Source of the DNA: a virus
Length of the DNA stretch: 64,000 nucleotides
Virus record (IMG/VR): IMGVR_UViG_3300020463_000007
Location: 32,001 to 96,000 of that record
Direction: 5' to 3' (one strand)
Shown: one piece after another, positions 9,671 to 19,000 of the stretch
How positions within the stretch are numbered: position 1 is the first letter of the stretch
How the letters are laid out: each line of letters begins with the position of its first letter
Translations under genes and position numbers: made by a program
Notes under the pieces: generated by a model
The model's database searches: none
Told to the model about the DNA's origin: nothing
What the model saw: the letters and a program-made list of their open reading frames with translations, nothing else

Positions 9671-11197
9671 ATGCAACACTTTTATGACGGACAGATAAGA
9701 AGATATTTAACTCAACTAATTAGACTTATGAGTAATTTTTCTTATGAAGATGGCGATAAAAAACTAACACAAATTCCTGTTATGTACGGAGATATAACAA
9801 GACAAGTTGGTAGTATTATACGTGAAAATTCTGAAAACAAAATACCTAGTGCTCCAAGAATGGGAGTTTATGTTACAGGTTTAGAAATGGATACAGCTAG
9901 GTTAGCTGACGCTAGTTTTATTAGTAAAGTTAACATTAGGGAAAGAGCATATGATGATCAAGGTCAAGAATATTTAAATGAGTCTGGAAAAAATTATACC
10001 GTAGAACGATTAATGCCTACTCCTTACACATTATCTGTAAGCTGTGATATATGGAGTACTAACACTGATCAAAAATTACAAATACTAGAACAAATTTTGA
10101 TGTTATTTAATCCTAGTTTTGAAATACAAACCACAGATAATTATATAGACTGGACAAGTTTAAGTGTTGTAAATTTAGAAGGTATAACTTTTAGCAGTCG
10201 ATCAATACCTACTGGTACTGAATCTGAAATTGATGTAGCTACTTTACAATTCCAAACGCCTATATATATTTCACCGCCAGTGAAAGTAAAGCGGCTTGGA
10301 GTCATTACTAATATTATAACTAGTATTTTTGATGAGACAGGAAATATCAACAATATAAATCCTGATAAAATTTTTGATAGCTTTGGTAATCAAATACAAT
10401 CTGAACTATCATCTGATTTTGACAGTCAAGATACTATAATGCCAGAACTTAACACAGATCATACTGAGATACATGGCAGAGTAGGAGTGTTACCTACAGG
10501 TGAAATAGAACACATTACACAAACTGGAAAAGTAAAAAGAGGTACTGCTGATACAGTTGTTTCAATATCACATAGAGGTATGGATCTATTAGTATTGAAT
10601 AATACATTACAATTAATAAACAAAGGAGTTGTTGGCAACACATTATGGCCACAATATCTGGATGCTGTACCTGGTAACTTTAAAACAGGTTTATCACAAA
10701 TTAGATTAGCTAGAAAAGATCTTACAAATGATATTGTAGGAACATTTGCAGTTGATGTAACAGATGAAACTAAAGCTGTAGTAAATTGGGACACTGATAC
10801 ATTACCAAGTGATACAATTATTACCAGTACATTACAAGAAAAAGCAAAAATTGATTATATACTTGATCCAACTAAAACAAATCCAACCACTTTAAAGACA
10901 GCAGGGAATAGAATTTTACTTTTAGGCGCAATAGGTTCAACTGTAAATGTTGATGGTGCCGATGCGTGGAAGAATGCAGATGGTACTGACTTCATTGCTA
11001 ATGAAAACGATATATGTGAATGGGATGGTACTAAATGGGTGATTGTATTTGATGCTTCTACTAAAACAAACCAACTTACTGATGTAACATACGTTACTAA
11101 CCTAAATACAGGTATTCAATATAAATGGGACACTTTTGAATGGGTATTATCGTTCGAAGGTGAATATCCAGACGGCACCTGGCGTATAGTATTTTAA
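9671..11197 (+). CDS. gp15: Tail sheath stabiliser/terminator (gp15-like) with C-terminal extension
   Basis: HFYDGQIRRY..Q, IPVMYG, PTPYTL, QILEQILMLFNPS. Confidence 0.8.
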   Translation: MQHFYDGQIRRYLTQLIRLMSNFSYEDGDKKLTQIPVMYGDITRQVGSIIRENSENKIPSAPRMGVYVTGLEMDTARLADASFISKVNIRERAYDDQGQEYLNESGKNYTVERLMPTPYTLSVSCDIWSTNTDQKLQILEQILMLFNPSFEIQTTDNYIDWTSLSVVNLEGITFSSRSIPTGTESEIDVATLQFQTPIYISPPVKVKRLGVITNIITSIFDETGNINNINPDKIFDSFGNQIQSELSSDFDSQDTIMPELNTDHTEIHGRVGVLPTGEIEHITQTGKVKRGTADTVVSISHRGMDLLVLNNTLQLINKGVVGNTLWPQYLDAVPGNFKTGLSQIRLARKDLTNDIVGTFAVDVTDETKAVVNWDTDTLPSDTIITSTLQEKAKIDYILDPTKTNPTTLKTAGNRILLLGAIGSTVNVDGADAWKNADGTDFIANENDICEWDGTKWVIVFDASTKTNQLTDVTYVTNLNTGIQYKWDTFEWVLSFEGEYPDGTWRIVF

Positions 11198-11210
11198 GAT
11201 AATTACTTAT

Positions 11211-11648
11211 ATGAATAACATTGTCTGTAGCGGTGCCCTCTTCTACACCCTTGATACTCACAGATTTTTATTTCTATTTAGATCTAACGGTAAAAAAGCC
11301 GGATTATGGGGATTAGTAGGAGGTACAAATGAAGGAGTAGAAACTCCTTTTGAAGGACTACAAAGAGAAATTAAAGAAGAAATTGGTAGTGTTCCTGAAA
11401 TTAAAAAGGTGCTACCACTAGAATCCTTTGTATCTAATGATGCACACTTCCACTTTCATACATACTTGTGTGTAATAAAAAGTGAATTTATTCCTAAATT
11501 AAATAATGAACACAGCGGTTATGCATGGTGTAGTTTCCGTAACTGGCCTAAACCTTTACACTTAGGTTTGCGTAATACATTACAAAGCAAAGCTAATTTA
11601 ACTAAATTAGAAACTGTGTTCGAGACAATTAATTTACTTGACAATTAA
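11211..11648 (+). CDS. NUDIX hydrolase
   Basis: Nudix box G-x5-E-x7-REIKEEIG. Confidence 0.9.
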   Translation: MNNIVCSGALFYTLDTHRFLFLFRSNGKKAGLWGLVGGTNEGVETPFEGLQREIKEEIGSVPEIKKVLPLESFVSNDAHFHFHTYLCVIKSEFIPKLNNEHSGYAWCSFRNWPKPLHLGLRNTLQSKANLTKLETVFETINLLDN

Positions 11649-11666
11649 ATTAATAGAAAGTAAAAT
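11638..11666 (+). promoter_or_regulatory. Sigma70-type promoter of the heptose operon
   Basis: TTGACA-17 nt-TAAAAT, ending 6 nt before the hldE ATG. Confidence 0.75.
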
Positions 11667-11672
11667 GAGTGT

Positions 11673-12827
11673 ATGAAGGTTTTAGTATTAGGTGATATAA
11701 TAACTGACAAATATATCTACGGCAGTAGTTCAAGGATTAGTCCTGAGGCTCCGGTGCCAGTGGTCAATATTACTAATGCTGCAACTTCGCTTGGAGGAGC
11801 AGGGCTTGTTTTTGAAAATTTAAAAAGTTTAGGTGTAGATGTTACATTGTTTGATACAATGCAACCTCGCAGTACAAAAACTAGAATTATATCTGACGGA
11901 CATTACATCACTAGACTAGACGAAGATGAGCAAGCAGATGGTGAAGTTGTACTGAAAAAAGTTATCGATACAGACTTTTCACAATATGAATATGTAATAT
12001 TAAGTGACTACAACAAAGGTGTGTTAGATAATGCCAAACAAATTATTAAACACATTAATAGCCAAGGTTGTAAAGTTATTGTAGATCCTAAACGTAATGC
12101 ACAATTTTATCAAGATGCGTGGTTAGTAAAGCCTAATGCAAAAGAATTAATTGACTTTAATTTTAAAGGATGGCAAAGTAATATCATTACTACAGATGCT
12201 GACAAAAATGTAGTTGCTACAATAGATAATATTAAGTATAATGTACCTGTAGAAAAAGTTGAAGTTTCAGATGTTACTGGTGCTGGAGATTGTTTTTTAG
12301 CAGGATTTGTTTATGGACTAACAAAAGAATATAGTTATAAAAAATGTTTACAGATTGCTATAAAAGGATCAACTAAAAGTGTAAGTCGTGCGGGTACATA
12401 TATTCTTAAGCAAGAAGATTTAAATCAAGGTATAGTTTGGACTAACGGTGTATTTGATATACTACACACAGGGCATTTAGAATTATTAAGATATGCTAAT
12501 ACATTAGGAAAAAAACTTATAGTAGGAATTAATAGCGATCCTAGTGTTAAGAGATTAAAAGGCAATAGCAGACCAATTAATAGTGCAGAAGTTCGTAAAA
12601 AGAACTTAGAAACATTACCATGGGTAGATGAAGTAATAGTGTTTGACGATGACACTCCTTTAAAAATTATTGAAACTTTACAGCCTAATATAATTGTAAA
12701 AGGCGGAGATTATACTGTTGAAACAGTAGTAGGACATGAAATATCCAATGTTGTAATTTTTCCAACTATTAAAGGACATAGTACAACTGAAATTATAGAT
12801 AAAATGAAGGCAAATCATGAAAGCTGA
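11673..12827 (+). CDS. hldE: Bifunctional heptose-7-phosphate kinase / heptose-1-phosphate nucleotidyltransferase
   Basis: PfkB domain (RISPEAPVPV, LSDYNKG, DVTGAGD) fused to TNGVFDILHTGH..VKGGDY..GHSTT domain. Confidence 0.93.
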   Translation: MKVLVLGDIITDKYIYGSSSRISPEAPVPVVNITNAATSLGGAGLVFENLKSLGVDVTLFDTMQPRSTKTRIISDGHYITRLDEDEQADGEVVLKKVIDTDFSQYEYVILSDYNKGVLDNAKQIIKHINSQGCKVIVDPKRNAQFYQDAWLVKPNAKELIDFNFKGWQSNIITTDADKNVVATIDNIKYNVPVEKVEVSDVTGAGDCFLAGFVYGLTKEYSYKKCLQIAIKGSTKSVSRAGTYILKQEDLNQGIVWTNGVFDILHTGHLELLRYANTLGKKLIVGINSDPSVKRLKGNSRPINSAEVRKKNLETLPWVDEVIVFDDDTPLKIIETLQPNIIVKGGDYTVETVVGHEISNVVIFPTIKGHSTTEIIDKMKANHES

Positions 12828-13452
12828 AATACTTGCAGAAAATATAGTCAAAGGTTCAGGCGGACACGGATTAAAGAAAGATCAGTTAGTAAAAATTTTT
12901 ACTAGTATTGATAACTTAGAAGACTTTGCATACACTATGAAAAAAGTATTAGAACATGGTGGCAAAGATTATTTAACTACACAAAGTTTTGAATATAACA
13001 TTCCGGCATTTACTAATTTTACTAAATGGCATCATGTTGATGAAAAATATAATTTAGACTGGGGATTTGATAAGAAAGACGCTGGATGTTATATGTATGG
13101 AATTTTCAAAGATACTTCTCCTAGTACAGTAGACATTTTACAGTCAGAAGTAATTTATATTGGTGAGAGTAGAGCTACTACTAGAAATTGTATGCTAGGA
13201 CGAAGAACAGATTTTAAAGGTACTGTAAAAAACGAAAGGTTATCACCTTATGGTTGTGGTACAGCATTCAAAGAAAAGTTTGGTAAAGAAAATATAAAAT
13301 ATGTGTACCAAGCATATTTGCCAATGCATAATAGTCTTGTAAAAGAAGCAGAAATGCAGATGCTTTGCATGTATTATAAAAAGTATAAAGATATACCTGC
13401 ATGTAATCCTGTAAGCGATTTGCGTAGAGTAAAATTAAGAATGGAAAACTAA
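12817..13452 (+). CDS. Hypothetical protein with GIY-YIG-like motifs
   Basis: GCYMY...VIYIGES..R and a later E..L...P..N arrangement. Confidence 0.5.
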   Translation: MKAEILAENIVKGSGGHGLKKDQLVKIFTSIDNLEDFAYTMKKVLEHGGKDYLTTQSFEYNIPAFTNFTKWHHVDEKYNLDWGFDKKDAGCYMYGIFKDTSPSTVDILQSEVIYIGESRATTRNCMLGRRTDFKGTVKNERLSPYGCGTAFKEKFGKENIKYVYQAYLPMHNSLVKEAEMQMLCMYYKKYKDIPACNPVSDLRRVKLRMEN

Positions 13453-13793
13453 TGGAACATTTAAGAAAATATATAGGACTATACTTAACAGCATTAATTT
13501 TGCCTTTTATGTTTGGATATGGCGTAAGTGAAGATCATCCAATATGGGTTTGGTGGATAGCTTTTGCTCTTATAATATTGAAAACTCCTCCTTATAGTAT
13601 CAGTGATCGTTTTTGGGGAGCGTATGCAAGATTATTAGAATGGATATTAGGACCATTAATAAAGAGATTAAAAAAATTACCTTGGTGGGCTAGAACTATT
13701 ATAGCAATAGCAATATTGTACTTTGTGGAAGAATACTTTCTAGCATCACTTGGTTACACAATGTTACCTTGGAGAATGGATTTTGGAAGTTAG
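13452..13793 (+). CDS. Small membrane protein
   Basis: Three hydrophobic, Trp-rich segments; start overlaps upstream stop. Confidence 0.7.
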   Translation: MEHLRKYIGLYLTALILPFMFGYGVSEDHPIWVWWIAFALIILKTPPYSISDRFWGAYARLLEWILGPLIKRLKKLPWWARTIIAIAILYFVEEYFLASLGYTMLPWRMDFGS

Positions 13794-13803
13794 GAAAGTT
13801 AGT

Positions 13804-14217
13804 ATGAAGAATATATTTAAAAAAATTAATCAATCTATACCAGATTTTTGTTTGAGTCATTGGCTTTTTAGAATACCCTTAGCTATAGTTTTTATACAGC
13901 AAGGTTTATCTAAATTGCCTGTCACTATCGAAGAAGCAAGTACTTTTGATTTGCCATACTTAGTATGGTGGTTTGTAGCTTATGGTGAGCTTGGTGGTGG
14001 CTTAGGTTTAATTGCTGGTGGCGTGATAGCACGTTGGTGGGAAGAGATAGGAGATCTTATAACACGATTTAGCGGAATTACTATTTGTTCAATTATGACC
14101 GGAGTAATATGGATTGGACAGCCTGAGAATGTAATGGATGTATTATTATATGACAACCTACATTTATTTCTATGGGTAGGTGGACTGTATTTTGCTTTAA
14201 GAGGAAATAGACAATAA
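13804..14217 (+). CDS. DoxX-family membrane protein
   Basis: LFRIPLAIVFIQQGLSK..ELGGGLGL..TRF; ATG 13804 (AGGA upstream) preferred over TTG 13750. Confidence 0.75.
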   Translation: MKNIFKKINQSIPDFCLSHWLFRIPLAIVFIQQGLSKLPVTIEEASTFDLPYLVWWFVAYGELGGGLGLIAGGVIARWWEEIGDLITRFSGITICSIMTGVIWIGQPENVMDVLLYDNLHLFLWVGGLYFALRGNRQ

Positions 14218-15035
14218 TGAGAATACTAGTTACAGGGTACAAAGGATTTATAGGACATAATATTTCTCAATATTTAATTGATAAGGGACATGTAGTAGAA
14301 GGCTGGGAATTTATGGAAAATGCTGTTCCTGACCCTAGTGCTTACGATTGGGTAATACACCTTGGTGCTATTAGTGACACAACATTTACTGATGTTGAAC
14401 AAATAATGTCTAATAATTTTGAAAATAGTATGAGACTATTACAAGCATGTGATACTATGGGTACTAATTTTCAATATGCTTCTAGTGCAAGTGTATACGG
14501 TCCAACCACGCATTTTACAGAAGATGGTCCGCTCTTACCACAGAGTCCTTATGCATGGAGTAAGTACTTGTTAGATAGATTTGTTAACCAACATATAAAT
14601 GACTTTAATGTTATAGTACAAGGATTTAGATATTTTAATGTATACGGAGCATATGAAACTCATAAAGGAAATCAGGCTAGCCCTTACACTAAATTTACAA
14701 AACAGGCAAAAGAAGATAAAATTATAACCGTATTTGAAAATAGTGAAGATTACAAAAGAGATTTTGTATGTGTAGACGATGTATGCAATGTACATGAAAA
14801 AATGTTTAGTGTTGATAAATCAGGTATATGGAATATTGGTACAGGTTCCCCTGAGAGCTTTGAAGTCGTAGCCAGAACAATAGCCGAGAAGTATGGGGCT
14901 GACATTAAATATATACCTATGCCAGATAACTTAAAAGGTCAGTATCAAAAATATACATGTGCAGATTTAACAAAATTAAATTCAATAATAGACCATAAAT
15001 GGATAGATATTAAGGATTATATAAATGGAAGTTGA
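14217..15035 (+). CDS. hldD: ADP-L-glycero-D-manno-heptose 6-epimerase (extended SDR)
   Basis: TGYKGFIG, HLGAISDTT, YASSASVYG, YAWSK, RYFNVYG..HKG, YQKYTCAD. Confidence 0.9.
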   Translation: MRILVTGYKGFIGHNISQYLIDKGHVVEGWEFMENAVPDPSAYDWVIHLGAISDTTFTDVEQIMSNNFENSMRLLQACDTMGTNFQYASSASVYGPTTHFTEDGPLLPQSPYAWSKYLLDRFVNQHINDFNVIVQGFRYFNVYGAYETHKGNQASPYTKFTKQAKEDKIITVFENSEDYKRDFVCVDDVCNVHEKMFSVDKSGIWNIGTGSPESFEVVARTIAEKYGADIKYIPMPDNLKGQYQKYTCADLTKLNSIIDHKWIDIKDYINGS

Positions 15036-15441
15036 AAGACTTAGTGGTGTTGTACAAAAAGGTTGGGGTTACGAACTTATTTGGGCAACTAATGACAAGT
15101 ACTGTGGTAAAATTATGGTATTTGAGAAAAAAGGTAATAAGTTTTCTATGCACTTTCATAGAGAAAAAGACGAAACATGGTTTGTTAATAATGGCAAATT
15201 TACTGTAAGGTGGATCGATACTAAAACTGCCACACTACACGAACAAGAATTAATTGAAGGCCAGACTTGGCATAATCCACCCCTACAACCTCATCAGCTA
15301 GAAGCACTAGAAGATGGCAGTAGCATTACTGAAGTTAGTACGCCTGACTCAGTAGAAGATAATTATAGAATTATTCCCGGAGATAGTCAAAGTGAACGAA
15401 CAACAGATACCAGTGACGGAAACACCACAACCGATAATTAG
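15025..15441 (+). CDS. Cupin sugar isomerase/epimerase-like protein
   Basis: KGWGYE, SMHFHREKDETW and PHQL cupin metal motifs, EVST. Confidence 0.8.
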   Translation: MEVERLSGVVQKGWGYELIWATNDKYCGKIMVFEKKGNKFSMHFHREKDETWFVNNGKFTVRWIDTKTATLHEQELIEGQTWHNPPLQPHQLEALEDGSSITEVSTPDSVEDNYRIIPGDSQSERTTDTSDGNTTTDN

Positions 15442-16042
15442 GTGGTCATCAGACATTCCTACGTTAATAAGTAATTCTGAAAAGAATGCTAAAATTGTAA
15501 TTGGTCTTGATAGAGATGGTGTAATAAATGTAGACTTAGGAACCTATGTAACTAAGCCAGAAGACTTTCAGCCTATTAGTGGTAGCTTAGAAGCTGTTGC
15601 TACCATTAAAAAATTAGGCTTTCAAATTGTTATAATAACTAATCAAGGCGGCATACAAAAAGGTTTAATGACACAAGCAGACGTTGATAGAGTACATGAT
15701 CGTATGTTTAAATTACTAGGTGAAGCTGGTTGTGCCTTTATTGAAGCCTTATATTATAGTGAATCAAGTAGAAAAGATGATATGTATGCTAAACCTAACA
15801 CAGGAATGTTTAAGCGTTGTGAAAAAGAACATCCTGAAATAAAATTTGCTGGAGGATATTATGTTGGAGATAAAATTTCCGATTTAAAAGCCGCAATGAA
15901 AATAGGTGCAAAACCAATATTAGTCCGTACCGGATATGGTAAAGAAACAGAACAACTTTTAAATAGATTTACTTACAAAAAAATAAAAGCTAGAACAAAA
16001 GTTTATGATGATTTAAAAAGTTTTGTTGATACTTTAGATTAA
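15392..16042 (+). CDS. gmhB: D,D-heptose-1,7-bisphosphate phosphatase (HAD)
   Basis: LDRDGVIN, ITNQGGI, KPNTGM, VGDKISD, LVRTGYG; exact start uncertain. Confidence 0.9.
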   Translation: MNEQQIPVTETPQPIIRWSSDIPTLISNSEKNAKIVIGLDRDGVINVDLGTYVTKPEDFQPISGSLEAVATIKKLGFQIVIITNQGGIQKGLMTQADVDRVHDRMFKLLGEAGCAFIEALYYSESSRKDDMYAKPNTGMFKRCEKEHPEIKFAGGYYVGDKISDLKAAMKIGAKPILVRTGYGKETEQLLNRFTYKKIKARTKVYDDLKSFVDTLD

Positions 16043-19000
16043 GCCTGAGCTTCACCCCATTTAAGCAAAATATTAGCATTTGTATCTGTACCTGCAATCT
16101 TATAAATGTTAATTGCTAACACGTCAGGACCATTTGGAAATGTTCCTCTACCGCCTAGTGGTGTATTTGTAATCTCTTTCAAATCTTTTAGATCTAGTGT
16201 TGAACGTTCTCCTGGAACAGCAATAAATGAAAATACTGTTTCTCCTGGAAGTGCAAACGGTGGTTGTTCAAAAGTAAATTCAACTGTGCCTGAACCATTT
16301 GCAAGTGTTCCTGTAAAAGCATTGTTAAAAATAACTTCGTAGTAAGTAGTACCTCCCCATGTTTTGAGTGACACACTTGATACCAGTGAACCAGCTGGCC
16401 AAGTTACACTTCCGCCCGTAGCTGAAGTACCGTTAGCGGCTCCTGCATTTACCCAAGAAGTTTGATCAAACAATGCTTTGTTTGAATTTGTTTGTGCATT
16501 GTTTAGTGTGATTGTAAAGTAATCTGTTTGATTTTGAGAAATATTACCACCACTTACACGCTGACTTATGTAAAAGTATCCATATGTTCCTGTAGGACTA
16601 ATGTATCCACCGTTAATAACTGTACCAGCAGGTATATGTGTGCCTGAAATATTTCTTCCCAAAACATGATCTAAACTGTTATCTCCAAAAGTAGTTCTAT
16701 AATCCGCGGCACCTATATAGATATATCTGCTATTATTATATCCTATATATTGTCCTGAATTAATTGCCGCTGTTGTAGTTGCAAGAGCAGTTGCACTTGC
16801 TGTAGTAGATGATACACCAGTACTCCAGTTAACAGAAGTACCAGACGCAACCTGAGCAAAACTAGGTTGACCTCCTTGTGCAAGTCCTGCTAGTCCGTTC
16901 CAACCAACATCAACTGGGTTAATTGGGTAGTTCTGCGGATTAATCACACCTTCAACAATAATACCTTTACCGTCACCTGCTTCTGAAGTTACCTCAATAC
17001 CATTAAGCAACAACTGGGCTCTATTTAATAGTTCACGTTCACCTAAGTCACCAATAATAGCGTTAGACACACTAGGTGCCAATCGTAATAAGAAAGCTGT
17101 CTGTTTAGTTGTACTAACTGTAATATTTGTTTCTGGATAGGAGAAAATATATCCTCTATCTTCGTCAAACCCACCGTCTGTAATAAATGCAGAACCCCAG
17201 TGACTAATTAAAGGAGTAATTGTGTTTGAAATAAGCACAACGCCTGTGTTAGTAACATGGCTAGTTGCTGTGCCTGCAGAATATGTTCTTTGTGCTCCTG
17301 CTTGGAAATTAGCAAAGGTTGTACCCCTTACACAGTTTTGTAAATTATTTCCGCTTACACCGTCATATTGTATTATTTCATTATTAATATAAATTGTTCC
17401 ACTTTTTGGAAAGAAACTTGCATCTTTTAACGGAATAGTTGTTACTACAGCATCAATAGCTGCACTTAACTGTCCTGGAGGCCCTTCGTTAGTAACCTCA
17501 TATCTAACAGGCAAGTTACCTGATCTCATAAACGCTTCTGTGTTGATATTTGAATTACGCATTCTATGACAGTATACAAAGTTACCATCTGCTCCACGTA
17601 CCATGTAATCTATAAAACCAGCACCATACCAACTGTATTGAATTCCAATCATCTGCATTTTTGCAGGATCCATATTGTATTTTGATTTACCTGTGCCGTC
17701 TAATTTATCAATATTAAAATCTTGTTGTTTTACTTTTCTATCTGTGACGTACATCATTTTAGCACCAGTTATATCATTTACACCCCTAAAGTCTGGAGTG
17801 ACTGTACAGTTAGTGTCATCTGTTACATTTGTAACCACATGAGTCATTCCTTTGATAATAACTCTATCACCTGCTTTTAATTGTTTTGTAAATTTAGTGT
17901 TTGTTCCTGTAATAAGGTTAGCATCTGCTAACATTGCAACAGTACCAGCTAATTGAAATGTACCTGTACGTTGTACAACATTAATATTAACGCCATCATA
18001 CTCCCAGAAAATTCCGTTTTGATCATCAAACACTCCTGCTCTAACAGTAGCACCGTGCCATGTTACAACACTCATTTGTGCGTTAAATCCTAGGTCAGGA
18101 GTAGTGCTTCCTAGTCTACGTTTAGCTCTAACTTTAAATGTTCTTTCATCTGTGACTGTTACAACCTCATAATCTTCGTAAGGTTGATAATCGTTTCCAT
18201 GTCCTGGACCACTGTTATATCCTTCAGTCTCTATACCAAGTAATCTAATAATACCACCTATCTGTACTCCATGATCGTGGTCATCTGTTACTACAGTAAT
18301 TAAAGAATTTATCTCTACTCCGTCTGCTGTAACACTTTGTAAGTCATAACTTGGTGCAAACAATGCACCTGTGGTATACATAATACCTTTACCTGATTGA
18401 TATCTAATATATTTTTTACTTTGACGTATTGCTTGTGCGCCATGCTGTGGACCTCCTGTACCTAACTGCACTCCTCCATCAAATGGTCTGTGAATAAAGA
18501 AGCTGTCTGGTTTAGGATAAACAATAGCAATAATATCACTTGAACTTGTATCAATTGTTCCTGCCGCCCTAGCCTGATATCTAATTTTATCTACAGCTGG
18601 AATATTTGTTGCAATAAAAGTACCGTCAGCTAAGTTATGATTGTTTGAACCATCATCTGACTGTGTGGTTACAATAAAACTACTGCCAGGTACTAATCCG
18701 TGTGCATTTGGAAAGTCTATCTCTAGTGTTGCTAACGCTTCGAAACTGATGCTTGAACTAGCTGCAATTTGTGCAGACGTTTGTTCTGTCATACTAAATG
18801 TACATAATAAATTTAAAATATCTGCTTGTGCAGGCTGTCCTGATACAACATCAAAACTAGAAAAATTTCCGTTTGTTGAAACTAATGTAAGATCATTTGC
18901 AGGAGTTACACCGCCTAGTAAGTTACCAGGAACAACAACTTTATCTCCTGTAACATAATTTGAACCATTATTAAAACTTATGCTTTCGTATATTCCTGTT

